Below are positions 1-12,823 of a DNA stretch of 64,000 nucleotides, piece after piece; position 1 is the stretch's first letter; each line of letters starts with the position of its first letter. This DNA comes from Malacoraja senta (Eukaryota): the NCBI GenBank assembly GCA_038087875.1, contig JAXLNO010000652.1:1-64000 (forward strand). The letters are read 5' to 3'. The position numbers and the translations under genes were made by a program. The notes beneath the pieces were generated by a model that was not told the DNA's origin, searched no databases, and was given only the letters and a program-made list of their open reading frames with translations.

Positions 1-1360
1 GCCCCTAGCTACGCCTGCCTCTTTGTCGGGTACGTAGAACAATCCTTGTTCAATGCGTACCAGGGCCCCATCCCCGACCTCTACCTCCGCTACATCGATG
101 ACTGTTTTGGTGCCACATCCTGCACCCACACACAACTGACTGACTTCATCCGCTTCACCACCAACTTCCATCCCGGCACTCAAATGCACCTGGACCATTT
201 CCGACACTTCCCTAGCATCCTTGACCTCACTATCTCCATCGCAGGTGATAGACTCCTTACCGACATCCACTACAAACCCACCGACTCCCATGGCTATCTG
301 GACTACACTTCTTCCCACCCTGCTTCCTGTAAGGACTCCATCCCCCACTCCCAATTCCTCCGTCTACGCCGCATCTGCTCCCAGGATGAGCGTTCCACAC
401 CAGGGCATCTGAAATGTCCTCATTTTTCAGGGAACGGGGGTTCCCCTCCTCCACCATAGATGAGGCTCGCACCCAGGGTCTCTGCCATACCCCGCAACAC
501 TGCTCTCTCTCCCCACCCCCCCCCCCACTCACAACAAGGGCAGAGTCCCCCTAGTCCTCACCTTTCACCCCACCAGCGCGTCACATACAACAAGTGATCC
601 TCCGTCAGTTTCGCCACCTCCAACGTGACCCCACCACTCGCCACATCTTCCCATCTCCCCCCATGTCTGCCTTCCGCAAAGACCGCTCCCTTCGTAACTC
701 CCTTGTCAATTCTTCCCTCCCGTACCACCCCCTCCCCGGGTACTTTCCCTTGCAACCGCAAGAGATGCAACACTTGTCCCTTCACCTCCCCCCTCGGACT
801 CCATTCAATGACCTAAGCAGTCGTTCCAGGTGCGACAGAGGTTCACCTGCATCTCCTCCAACCTCATCTATTGCATCCGCTGCTCTAGATGCCAGCTGAT
901 CTACATCGGTGAGACCAAGCGGAGGCTTGGCGATCGTTTCGCCGAACACCTCCGGTCGGTCCGCAATAACCAACCTGACCTCCCGGTGGCTCAGCACTTC
1001 AACTCCCCCTCCCATTCCGTATCTGACCTCTCTGTCCTGGGTCTCCTCCATGGCCACAGCGAGCAACACTGGAAATTGGAGGAAATGCACCTCATATTCC
1101 GCTTGGGCAGTCTACATCCTGGGGGCTTGAACATTGAATTCTCCCAATTCTGCTAGCCCTTGCTGTCCCCTCCCCTTCATCAACCCTCTGGTTGTCTCCT
1201 CCCCTCCCCCAGCCCTCGGGCTCCTCCTCCGCCTTTTTTCCTTTCTTCTCCCCACCCCCTATCAGTCTGAAGAAGGGTTTCAGCCCGAAACGTTGCCTGT
1301 TTCCTTCGCTCCATAGATGCTGCTGCACCCGCTGAGTTTCTCCAGCATTTTTGTGTACCT
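1..1360 (+). mobile_element. Penelope-like element (PLE), 3' part: frameshifted RT + GIY-YIG endonuclease followed by pLTR-type tail
   Basis: RT motif YLRYIDDCF, then HYKPTDSHGYLDYTSSHP and SQFLRLRRICS (46-459); CNRKRCNTC zinc motif (~750-780); GIY-YIG NLIYCIRCSRCQLIYIGETKRRLGDRFAEH..HF..PGGLN (830-1156); several frameshifts; tail ends GTGTACCT at ~1360. Confidence 0.93.
1263..1299 (+). ncRNA. Candidate minimal type I hammerhead ribozyme in the PLE tail
   Basis: CAGT-CTGAAGA-A-GGGTT(TC)AGCCC-GAAAC-GTT-GCCTG: hammerhead core boxes, 5-bp stem II, palindromic ACGT stem III; PLEs are known to carry such motifs. Confidence 0.7.
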
Positions 1361-1544
1361 AAGCAGTAAGAATGGTCGGCCTGTATGTTGTGCGACACTG
1401 CCAAGGAAATAAAAAGTTAGAAAGGGGTTAAAAGAGGTATATAAATGAAATGGATTTAGCATATACATGTAAATAAATCAGCATCTACTTGATAATTTGA
1501 AATTAATGCGATGCACCAATACAAAAATACAAAATAGTACAAAA

Positions 1545-1900
1545 CCCTAACCCCAAGCCCCTGACCCTAACCACCCCCCCCCCCCCACGACACTCTTTAA
1601 ACACCCCCCACAACTCTTTAAACCCCCCCCCCCACGACACTCTTAACCACCCCCACTCTTAACCCCCCCACGACTCTTAACCACCTCCCCACGACACTCT
1701 AACCACCCCCCTCACGACCACTCTTAACCACCCCCCCCCCCATGACACTCTTAACCACCCCCCCCCCCACTCTTAACCCCCCCCACTCTTAACCCCCCCC
1801 ACGACACTCTAACCCCCCCCCCCACAACACTCAAACCCCCCCCCCCACGACTCTTAAACCCCAACACCCTCTAACCCTAACAGCAACTCTAACACAATTC
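1545..1900. repeat. C-rich degenerate tandem repeat (motif ~CACGACACTCTTAACCACCCC)
   Basis: Recurrent ACTCTTAA(A)CC motifs separated by poly-C runs of variable length. Confidence 0.8.
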
Positions 1901-2589
1901 AGCGACACAACAATCACTGATAGTTTGAATCCTCCCAACATTCGGTTTCACACCTTTAACCACAAACACATACATGGATCACCAAGTTAACAGCCCATCT
2001 TTCAGGCAATGAAGAAGATTGGGCACATTTTGGATGGGCACCACAGGTTCTTGGTGCCCTCCACCATAATTAGAAACACGTAGCAGGATAATGAACAGAG
2101 AGCACCGGGTTACAAAATTATACATTCTCTAAAATGAACACCCAGACACGTGGAAAGTGCCTGGGGAAATATCGGCATGAAGGCACACTGCATGTGACCA
2201 CAGCAGTGAATCCTACAAGTTATCAGAATACATTGACTTAATAAACTGGCTCAGCAACACCCCAACTAAACCAAACACTGTTCTGTGACTGCCACATGCT
2301 GCTGTATACCATGGGCATCAATGCCTGTACACCAACAGGAGCATAAAGGGCATTCAGAATATCAAGGTGAAAACACACCCATGAGTCGCACATTGCTTTA
2401 AATGAAAACATCCCTTTGAATTAAATCAGCGACAAGCCAAAGTAACAGTGATGGGTAAGAAGTTTGCCCCAGCACATGCCAACATTGGTAGATTGGGAGG
2501 AGACTGACTAACCCTAGCAGATATTTCTACCAGCATAGAGCCCAGTCTTTTGAGACTGGGGTGGAAACTAACAGGAACTGCTCACTGTT

Positions 2590-2645
2590 CCTTCGCTCCA
2601 TAGATGCTGCTGCACCCGCTGAGTTTCTCCAGCATTTGTGTACCT
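2590..2645 (+). mobile_element. 56-bp PLE-tail-derived insertion with 17-bp target-site duplication
   Basis: Matches 1303-1360; flanked by AGGAACTGCTCACTGTT (2573-2589) and AGGAACTGTTCACTGTT (2646-2662). Confidence 0.85.
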
Positions 2646-2671
2646 AGGAACTGTTCACTGTTAGTTTCAGT

Positions 2672-3875
2672 GAGGCAGAGGCACGCAGGACAAAGCCAGC
2701 AAGGAAATAGATGGGACATGTGAGGCGTGATTAGCATATGGATACAAAATGCAAATAAGGAGAGAACGGAAATATCGAAAAAACTAGGAGAGGTATGGGT
2801 GGAAGGGAGAGAGGGAATATGGGACTACTGTTTGAGATGAGTGTACAGTGGAAGGGAAAGGACCAGTGTTAGTTGGTTAGTGGATTAGTCAGCCGGTCGA
2901 TTAGTCAGCCGGTCGATTAGTCAGCCGGTCGATTAGTCAGCCGGTCGATTAGTCAGCCGGTCGATTAGTCAGCCGGTCGATTAGTCAGCCGGTCGATTAG
3001 TCAGCCGGTCGATTAGTCAGCCGGTCGATTAGTCAGCCGGTCGATTAGTCAGCCGGTCGATTAGTCAGCCGGTCGATTAGTCAGCCGGTCGATTAGTCAG
3101 CCGGTCGATTAGTCAGCCGGTCGATTAGTCAGCCGGTCGATTAGTCAGCCGGTCGATTAGTCAGCCGGTCGATTAGTCAGCCGGTCGATTAGTCAGCCGG
3201 TCGATTAGTCAGCGGTCGATTAGTCAGCCGGTCGATTAGTCAGCCGTCGATTAGTCAGCCGGTCGATTAGTCAGCCGGTCGATTAGTCAGCCGGTCGATT
3301 AGTCAGCCGGTCGATTAGTCAGCCGGTCGATTAGTCAGCCGGTCGATTAGTCAGCCGGTCGATTAGTGCACCAGGGTGTTTGGGGGGTGAAGGGAAGTAC
3401 TCTCATCTCCCATTTCCTTGTCCCAGATTTCCCTTTTACCTTCCAACCCCACCTCACACTGGTTTTACATTTCACAGTTCTTGTCCTTATCCAACATGTT
3501 TTATCACTTTCACCTTCAGCCCTTACTCCATCCATTTGCCCATCACCCACTCACCTGTAATCCACCCATCGCCTGTCAGGCAGTGCCCAACCCCCACCTC
3601 ATTTCCAGCTCTTCCCCGTATTTCAGACTGAGAGCTCCCAACCCGATTAGTCATCTGTCCATTTCTTCAGAGGTTGTCAAACCCAGCAAGTTCCTCCAGC
3701 ACTGTATTTACTCACGATTCAAGCATGGGGTGGCTCATGTTGTAAAAAAAGTATGCTTTGCAACACGATGAATTTCATTTACCATCCACTCATACCAATA
3801 AAAAACAACAGAACACAAAGTTCAAACTTCCCTTTTTGGCCTCCCGTGGTCTGGGGCCTCGATCCTTCCGTTGAC
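2672..3875 (+). repeat. Duplicated cassette, copy A (paralogue of 6867-10739)
   Basis: 2672-2870 aligns with 6867-7095 and 3361-3875 aligns with 10213-10739 at high identity by eye. Confidence 0.92.
2885..3362. repeat. 16-bp minisatellite (TTAGTCAGCCGGTCGA) x30
   Basis: 478 bp = 30 units, two of which have a 1-bp deletion (~3213, ~3246). Confidence 0.98.
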
Positions 3876-4429
3876 GCGACGATCTCGACTCCTGTAGCCG
3901 GCGGTCGGGCCATCCGTGTCGCGGGTCCTGCGTCGGGGGGTTGAATCCCAGCTCATTCGAGGTCTAGTCGAACCTTTTGCGTTCTTTGGAGCTTCCCGCC
4001 ATCGGCCTCTGCCAGAGACTGCGAGCTCCTCGATTTTGAAGAAACAAATTTGGAAAAGCCATCAATAATTTAACACATTTATCCCATTAAACTGAAGAGG
4101 GTTAGAAATATGTACCTTATCTTCCTATGACATCCATAAAGACCAAATTCAGGAAGACTTGATGCTGAAAAATCAAATTAACATAACATTTTAATGTTTG
4201 AAATGTTCCAACGTCCTTCTCTACAATTAGACAAAGTGCGGGAGTCAGACAGGCCTGGGTGAGAAGATTCTAGTCCTCAAGGTAAAAACACTTGGACAAT
4301 GCCTTGAGATGTATCTCCAACAAGGACCATTATGGCTCTGCAGTCAGGACTCCTACAGGTTGGACCAATATTAAGGTAGTCGAATATATTTAGACTAAAA
4401 TTCTTAAGGGTCTGAAGAATCCCAACCCA

Positions 4430-5404
4430 AGATGGCGGCTCCAAGGAGGAGCCGCCATCTTGGAGGAACGGCTGCTAAACAGCAGCCGTCCGTCAAATTC
4501 ACTTTTTCTTTAGTTTTAGCGTTTTTTATTTCTTTGTTTGTTTGGGGGGTTTTGACTTTTAATGTGGGGGGGTAAGGGTGAAACTAATTCTAGGTCCCTA
4601 CTGGTTGGTGAAGCAGCTTTTTCTCCAAGCTGCCTCGTCGACCCGTCCTCGTGGCCTACCAGCGGGCATGGAGCGCCGTTTCCTGACGGGGACCGCCCAG
4701 CACCTTCAGCTTCGGTGGCGGCACAGCGCTGGAGCGCTATCGGAGAGCGTAGCGGGCGATGCCTTGCCTGGGTCGCCGCGCTGGATCGACGCGCTGGAAC
4801 TCCGGTATGTGTTGACCGCCGAGATCAACACCTCCTCGCTGCGGGTCTGCGGAGCGACCAGCTGCAGGCGGCGGCGCCGACTCCAACATCAGGAGCCTCG
4901 TGGCTCCAAATCGGCGCGGCCCTGTCGGCTTCAGGTGCCATCGACTCTGCTGGGAAACCGGCCGTTCCAGCCGCTGCGAGGACTCACCCGACGGCCAGGA
5001 ACATCGGGCCTCCGTAGAGGCAACTGTGGAGGCCTCATTGGGCCTGACTCTGGGGAGAACTGGGGTTGGGGACTGGACATTGTGCCTTCCCCCACAGTGG
5101 TGGTCATTGTGGGGGGATGATTCTGTGTGCTGTGCCTGTTAGTCTGTGTGCAAAATGGTGGTCGGAGGGGAGAGTGGACGCTGGCACGATTTGGCTGCCG
5201 CTGCTCTCTCCTCAAATTGTGTTTCTTATTTTCTTTTTGTGCTTTTGAAATTGAATTCTGTCCTTGATTTGTGTACTGTGGTGTTTTTATATTTAATTTA
5301 TTCCGATTATGTGTTTTGTATTTTTGTGATTCTATGCCTTGTAAGGTGTCCTTGGGTTTTAGAAAGGCGCCAGTAAATAAAATGAATTATTATTATTATT
5401 ATTA
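4430..5404 (+). mobile_element. GC-rich ~1-kb non-coding, non-autonomous retroelement with L2-type 3' tail
   Basis: Second copy inverted at 52363-53352; ends GTAAGGTGTCCTTG..GAAAGGCGCC..AAATAAAATGAA(TTA)n; interrupts a PLE-tail repeat (GTCTGAAGAATCCCAACCC at ~4410, resuming ~5407). Confidence 0.8.
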
Positions 5405-6024
5405 TAGAATTACCAATCCATATTCTCCAGCGATGTTGCTGGTCCCATCGAGTTGCTCCAGCACCGACTTGCAATTTACAAGCACAGCAACACCCCAGTT
5501 ACCCCATCAAATACACATTAAATTTCACAAGTGTTCTCCCAACCTTGTTGCGCAATGCCATACTCTTCACGTGGACATTGAAACGTTATATAAACAAATA
5601 TTCAACGGTTAAAAATACCTGGAAAAACCCAAACCCCCAGAACTTCAGTCAAAAATTGCCAAGCCAGGGTGGAAAGGCCAAGAGCAGAGCCAAGGAGCAG
5701 TAAGGACGAGAGTAGAACCGAGAGTACTGAAGAAATGGATGGTAACAATGTAGATGCAGCCAAATGTATGGAGAGACAACGACCTAGAGTAACTCAGCTG
5801 GTCAGGCAGTATCTCTGGTGTGAAGGAACAGGTGACGTTTCGGGTTGAGACCATCATTCAGATCCCGTAATGTTCAATGCCCTTGCTAATCAAGAATCTA
5901 TCTCCACCTTAAAAATAACCATCGACAGCCTCCACAGCCCTCTGTAGCAATGAATTCCACATTCACTGCCCTCCGACTAAAGAAATTCCTCACTGTGCAG
6001 TATGCGGTGCAATGCAGTAATCAG

Positions 6025-6222
6025 TGGGTCAGGCAGCATCGCTGCAGAACATGGATAGGTGATGTTTCATAGAGTGCTGGAGTTACTCAGTGGGTCAGGC
6101 AGCATCGCTGCAGAACATGGATAGGTGACGTTTCACAGAGTGCTGGAGTAACTCAGTGGGTCAGGCAGCATCTCTGGAGAACATGGATAGGTGATGTTTC
6201 AGAACAGGACCCTTCTTCACAT
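6025..6222 (-). repeat. Three tandem ~66-bp PLE-tail units
   Basis: Repeated CAGTGGGTCAGGCAGCATC..GAACATGGATAGGTGA(C/T)GTTTCA, the reverse complement of the 16151 array unit. Confidence 0.85.
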
Positions 6223-6249
6223 TGTACTAAAATAAATACATTAAGACAA

Positions 6250-6525
6250 ACTAAAGTGTGGAAACAGGCCCTCTGGTCCACTAAGTCAGCACAATCCAGC
6301 AATCACCCCGTACACTAGCACTATCCTACACACTAGGGACAGTTTACTAAAACCAATTAACCTACAAATCTGAATGTCTTTGGTGTGTTGGAAGAAGCCA
6401 GAACGCCTGGAGAAAACCCACATGGTCACAGGGAGAACATACAAACTGTACAGACAACACATGTTGTCAGGATTGAACCCAGGTCTCTGGCGCTGTGAGG
6501 CAGCAACTGTACCACTGTGCTGCCC
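6250..6525 (-). mobile_element. HE1-type tRNA-derived SINE
   Basis: Reverse strand has tRNA-like head (..GTTGCTGCCTCACAGCGCCAGAGACCTGGGTTCAATCC, B box), central domain and CR1-type tail (AGGGCCTGTTTCC). Confidence 0.85.
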
Positions 6526-6866
6526 AATCTTTCCCCAAACACTGAAACCCAAGAGAGGTTTTGAAACAGGGGCCTTACCTTAAAGTATTCTCCAGAAAGA
6601 CCAGATCCCGAGAGCCAACAAAGATGTAAAAAACAGTCAAATTAATACATAACAAATAATAAACTCAAATATTAAATCAAATTAATACATAACAAATGTA
6701 ACAGGAGCCAACTACAATTACTTTAACCAGGGAACGTGGCTCTGTCCAAAGACAAAGTGCTGGAGGCATTCAGCAGTACAGGCACAATCTGCCTGACTGC
6801 AGGTGGAATGGACAGATGACATCTCAGCTCAGCAACCTTCCTCAGACTGATGAAAGAGAGTGAAAA

Positions 6867-9800
6867 GAGGCAGAGGCACGCAGGACAAAGCCAGCAAGGA
6901 AATAGATGGGACATGCGAGGCGTGATTAGCATATGGATGGAGTGAGTGCCAAAGGCTCAAGGTGAAAGGGACAAAATGCCAAATGAGGAGAGAACGGAAA
7001 TATGAAACTAGGAGATGTATGGGTGGAAGGGAGAGAGGGAATATGGGACTACTGTTTGAGAGACGAGTGTACAGTGGTAGAGAAAGGACCAGTGTGAGCT
7101 AGTCAGTCGATGAGCTAGTCAGTCGATGAGCTAGTCAGTCGATGAGCTAGTCAGTCGATGAGCTAGTCAGTCGATGAGCTAGTCAGTCGATGAGCTAGTC
7201 AGTCGATGAGCTAGTCAGTCGATGAGCTAGTCAGTCGATGAGCTAGTCAGTCGATGAGCTAGTCAGTCGATGAGCTAGTCAGTCGATGAGCTAGTCAGTC
7301 GATGAGCTAGTCAGTCGATGAGCTAGTCAGTCGATGAGCTAGTCAGTCGATGAGCTAGTCAGTCGATGAGCTAGTCAGTCGATGAGCTAGTCAGTCGATG
7401 AGCTAGTCAGTCGATGAGCTAGTCAGTCGATGAGCTAGTCAGTCGATGAGCTAGTCAGTCGATGAGCTAGTCAGTCGATGAGCTAGTCAGTCGATGAGCT
7501 AGTCAGTCGATGAGCTAGTCAGTCGATGAGCTAGTCAGTCGATGAGCTAGTCAGTCGATGAGCTAGTCAGTCGATGAGCTAGTCAGTCGATGAGCTAGTC
7601 AGTCGATGAGCTAGTCAGTCGATGAGCTAGTCAGTCGATGAGCTAGTCAGTCGATGAGCTAGTCAGTCGATGAGCTAGTCAGTCGATGAGCTAGTCAGTC
7701 GATGAGCTAGTCAGTCGATGAGCTAGTCAGTCGATGAGCTAGTCAGTCGATGAGCTAGTCAGTCGATGAGCTAGTCAGTCGATGAGCTAGTCAGTCGATG
7801 AGCTAGTCAGTCGATGAGCTAGTCAGTCGATGAGCTAGTCAGTCGATGAGCTAGTCAGTCGATGAGCTAGTCAGTCGATGAGCTAGTCAGTCGATGAGCT
7901 AGTCAGTCGATGAGCTAGTCAGTCGATGAGCTAGTCAGTCGATGAGCTAGTCAGTCGATGAGCTAGTCAGTCGATGAGCTAGTCAGTCGATGAGCTAGTC
8001 AGTCGATGAGCTAGTCAGTCGATGAGCTAGTCAGTCGATGAGCTAGTCAGTCGATGAGCTAGTCAGTCGATGAGCTAGTCAGTCGATGAGCTAGTCAGTC
8101 GATGAGCTAGTCAGTCGATGAGCTAGTCAGTCGATGAGCTAGTCAGTCGATGAGCTAGTCAGTCGATGAGCTAGTCAGTCGATGAGCTAGTCAGTCGATG
8201 AGCTAGTCAGTCGATGAGCTAGTCAGTCGATGAGCTAGTCAGTCGATGAGCTAGTCAGTCGATGAGCTAGTCAGTCGATGAGCTAGTCAGTCGATGAGCT
8301 AGTCAGTCGATGAGCTAGTCAGTCGATGAGCTAGTCAGTCGATGAGCTAGTCAGTCGATGAGCTAGTCAGTCGATGAGCTAGTCAGTCGATGAGCTAGTC
8401 AGTCGATGAGCTAGTCAGTCGATGAGCTAGTCAGTCGATGAGCTAGTCAGTCGATGAGCTAGTCAGTCGATGAGCTAGTCAGTCGATGAGCTAGTCAGTC
8501 GATGAGCTAGTCAGTCGATGAGCTAGTCAGTCGATGAGCTAGTCAGTCGATGAGCTAGTCAGTCGATGAGCTAGTCAGTCGATGAGCTAGTCAGTCGATG
8601 AGCTAGTCAGTCGATGAGCTAGTCAGTCGATGAGCTAGTCAGTCGATGAGCTAGTCAGTCGATGAGCTAGTCAGTCGATGAGCTAGTCAGTCGATGAGCT
8701 AGTCAGTCGATGAGCTAGTCAGTCGATGAGCTAGTCAGTCGATGAGCTAGTCAGTCGATGAGCTAGTCAGTCGATGAGCTAGTCAGTCGATGAGCTAGTC
8801 AGTCGATGAGCTAGTCAGTCGATGAGCTAGTCAGTCGATGAGCTAGTCAGTCGATGAGCTAGTCAGTCGATGAGCTAGTCAGTCGATGAGCTAGTCAGTC
8901 GATGAGCTAGTCAGTCGATGAGCTAGTCAGTCGATGAGCTAGTCAGTCGATGAGCTAGTCAGTCGATGAGCTAGTCAGTCGATGAGCTAGTCAGTCGATG
9001 AGCTAGTCAGTCGATGAGCTAGTCAGTCGATGAGCTAGTCAGTCGATGAGCTAGTCAGTCGATGAGCTAGTCAGTCGATGAGCTAGTCAGTCGATGAGCT
9101 AGTCAGTCGATGAGCTAGTCAGTCGATGAGCTAGTCAGTCGATGAGCTAGTCAGTCGATGAGCTAGTCAGTCGATGAGCTAGTCAGTCGATGAGCTAGTC
9201 AGTCGATGAGCTAGTCAGTCGATGAGCTAGTCAGTCGATGAGCTAGTCAGTCGATGAGCTAGTCAGTCGATGAGCTAGTCAGTCGATGAGCTAGTCAGTC
9301 GATGAGCTAGTCAGTCGATGAGCTAGTCAGTCGATGAGCTAGTCAGTCGATGAGCTAGTCAGTCGATGAGCTAGTCAGTCGATGAGCTAGTCAGTCGATG
9401 AGCTAGTCAGTCGATGAGCTAGTCAGTCGATGAGCTAGTCAGTCGATGAGCTAGTCAGTCGATGAGCTAGTCAGTCGATGAGCTAGTCAGTCGATGAGCT
9501 AGTCAGTCGATGAGCTAGTCAGTCGATGAGCTAGTCAGTCGATGAGCTAGTCAGTCGATGAGCTAGTCAGTCGATGAGCTAGTCAGTCGATGAGCTAGTC
9601 AGTCGATGAGCTAGTCAGTCGATGAGCTAGTCAGTCGATGAGCTAGTCAGTCGATGAGCTAGTCAGTCGATGAGCTAGTCAGTCGATGAGCTAGTCAGTC
9701 GATGAGCTAGTCAGTCGATGAGCTAGTCAGTCGATGAGCTAGTCAGTCGATGAGCTAGTCAGTCGATGAGCTAGTCAGTCGATGAGCTAGTCAGTCGATG

Positions 9801-10739
9801 AGCTAGTCAGTCGATGAGCTAGTCAGTCGATGAGCTAGTCAGTCGATGAGCTAGTCAGTCGATGAGCTAGTCAGTCGATGAGCTAGTCAGTCGATGAGCT
9901 AGTCAGTCGATGAGCTAGTCAGTCGATGAGCTAGTCAGTCGATGAGCTAGTCAGTCGATGAGCTAGTCAGTCGATGAGCTAGTCAGTCGATGAGCTAGTC
10001 AGTCGATGAGCTAGTCAGTCGATGAGCTAGTCAGTCGATGAGCTAGTCAGTCGATGAGCTAGTCAGTCGATGAGCTAGTCAGTCGATGAGCTAGTCAGTC
10101 GATGAGCTAGTCAGTCGATGAGCTAGTCAGTCGATGAGCTAGTCAGTCGATGAGCTAGTCAGTCGATGAGCTAGTCAGTCGATGAGCTAGTCAGTCGATT
10201 AGCTAGTCAGTCGATTAGTGCACCAGGGTGTTTGGGGGGTGAAGGAAAGTACACTCATTTCCCATATCCTTTTCCCAGATTTCCCTTTTACCTTCCAACC
10301 CCACCTCACACTGGTTTTACATTTCACAGTTCTTGTCCTTATCCAACATGTTTTATCACTTTCACCTTCAGCCTTTGGCACTTACTCCATCCATTTGCCC
10401 ATCACCCACTCACCTGTAATCCACCCATCACATGTCAGGCAGTGCCCAACCCCCCACCTCATTTCCAGCTCTTCCCCGTATTTCAGACTGAGAGCTCCCG
10501 ACCCCATTAGTCATCTGTCCATTTCTTCAGAGGTTGTCAAACCCACCAAGTTCCCCCAGCACTGTGTATTTACTCACGATTCAAGCATGGGGTGGCTCGT
10601 GTTGCAAAAAAAGTATGCTTTGCAACACGAGGAATTTCATTTACCATCCACTCATACCAATAAAAAGCAACAGAACACAAATTTCAAATTCTTCCCTTTT
10701 TGGCCTCCCGTGGTCTGGGGCCACGAGCCTCCCGTTGAC
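6867..10739 (+). repeat. Duplicated cassette, copy B, containing the 3.1-kb array
   Basis: Flanks homologous to 2672-2870 and 3361-3875. Confidence 0.92.
7095..10214. repeat. 16-bp minisatellite (TGAGCTAGTCAGTCGA) x194 plus one terminal variant unit
   Basis: 7095-10198 = 3104 bp = 194 x 16 with no variant seen by eye; last unit TTAGCTAGTCAGTCGA (10199-10214). Confidence 0.99.
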
Positions 10740-12823
10740 TCCTGTAGCCTTACTCCACCCATCCCCCACTCATCTGTATCCACCCATCGCCTGTCAGGCA
10801 GTGCCCAACCCCCACCTCATTTCTAGCTTTCTCCCGTATTTCAGTCTGAAGGCTCCCACCCTGATTAGTCATCTGTCCATTTCTTCAGATGCTGCCTGAT
10901 CCGCCAAGTTCCTCCAGCACTGTCCTTGGAGATCCTGGGTGGAAACAAACAAATTATTCAGAGGATGAAAGCAGAAAGCAAACAAATTGCAGCAACGCAG
11001 ACACTCGCCAAACCAAATATATAGATTGACTCTAAAGAACTACAGTAGGGTGAATGGAAGGGGCAGGATTAGTAAATTGCAACAAGGCTCAAGAGCCATG
11101 ACTATTAAACCCACTTTCCCTCAGATAACTTTAACCAAGGAGTAACTAGGTCAGAAACAGTGCTGGAGGTACTCAGTGGGTCAGGCACCATCTGCCCGAC
11201 TGCAAAGGAATGGACAGATGTTTCAGATCAGGATCTTTCTTCAGAGTGATGGAGTTGGGAGGAAGCTGGAAAGAGATGGGAGCAGGACAAAGCCTGGTGA
11301 GTGATGCTGGATACAGTTGGGGGATGATTAGCAGAGAGGGGAGTAGTGACAAAGGCTAGAGGTGAAGAGGAGACAAGTGTCAGACAATAAGAGGTGAGAC
11401 ATGAAAGGCCAGAGGGGGGGATCTGGGAAAGAGGGGAATGTCAGACAAGGATGAGGGTACATTAGAGAGGAAAGGATTAGGGTGACCAGAGTGTTGAGTG
11501 AGGTGCACACCAGGGTGGGGAGTGTAGGGAAAGAGGGGGTGTCCCTTCATCAGTACGCTCATCCCCATGTCCAAGTCTCATTCCCTTTTATCCCATCTGG
11601 TCCCAATACACCTGCATACCCTCCCCAATACACCCGCATACCCTCCCCATTACACCCACACACCTCTCCCCAGCTTTACATTTCACACCTCTGGAATGTT
11701 TTGTCACCTTTTCGCCTTTGTCCTTTTCTCCCCCATCATCCCCCTCACCTGTATCCACCCATCACTTGCCAAGCTTTGCCCCCTTTCCCAACCTTCTCCC
11801 ACTAATCCAGTCTGAAGGCTTCCAAGCTGATGTCATCTGTCCATTTCCCGCTGAGTTCTGCCAGCACTATTTATTTCTTCCATGGCATGGCCAAAACCCA
11901 GAATAAATCCCTGTTAGGATGAAGGCCAAGACAATGAGGAAGTGGGGAGCCTAATGAAGGCAAGTGGATTTGGACAAGGGTAATGATCTCATGGGCCAGA
12001 TCAAAGTGGCCGTTCCCCAGCCAAGACCTCAGATTGGACGAGTCTTCAGGTCACCGTTTCCTCAAGCACAAGTACACACCACACAAACCCCAGAGACAGA
12101 AGGCAGCGCCATCCAGTCAAGTGCTGACAGGAGAAGGTGATCACTGGTATCATGCTGGCGGAGGGGAATCCACCACATTGGCATGTGGAACCAATATCTC
12201 AACCCCCCATACATCCCCCTCACTGTCCCCACCCTGACAAACAGCCCCAGGTACAGGCAGAAACTCACTACTAAATAGAGACAAGTACACACCAGTGGTC
12301 CCTGTTAAACTCCTTCAAGTAGGCCCAGACCACAACTTTAGGGAATAAACCCGAACAAGGGGGACTGGGGGCGAGGGAACACAACGTAATGTTTAAACTA
12401 AAGTGGGCCCCACGCTGAGAGAGGCTAAGCCCAATTAGAGAAAACAATTGTTAATCTTTCCCAAACATTCATCCACACTGAAGCCCAAGAGAAGGGTCTA
12501 AACAGAGGCCTTAACTTTGTACCAACTCCATAACCATATTCACATAGACCAAGTTATATACAAAACAAACCAACGTCATGTTAGGGATTTGAAGTCTACC
12601 GACATCCTCCTTCACACTGGTCACCTAGAGGGGAAGAGATTCAAATTGATATTAAATGTCATGAGTAGCGCCAGGATGTTTAGGCACTAAAAACTCTGAA
12701 ATAGGCGGGCACAAGGAAAAATAAAATTACAAAGCAAGGCACGAAAAAGGCATTTATTGACAAAAAAGGCATAAAAAGACATTTATTTCCACCACCAAAA
12801 TATGGTTAAAAATAATAATATAC

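Noticed and set aside
1545..1900. Interstitial telomere
   Set aside because: Only isolated CCCTAA hexamers occur; the bulk is a different C-rich motif, possibly with homopolymer sequencing noise.
4562..5215. Overlapping 80-180 aa ORFs in the GC-rich element (also 24821-25267 and 52550-53189)
   Set aside because: They are open in several frames because of high GC, have no domain motifs, and the frames are not conserved between copies.
6465..6525. tRNA gene (also ~19470-19525 and ~40075-40138)
   Set aside because: The tRNA-like heads are joined to SINE body sequence and do not form a complete cloverleaf.
2885..10214. CRISPR-like arrays
   Set aside because: Units are contiguous with no unique spacers, there are no cas genes, and the context is eukaryotic.
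10218..10826. 202-aa ORF as a host gene
   Set aside because: The paralogous copy at 3366-3860 is broken by indels and the sequence derives from repeat arms.
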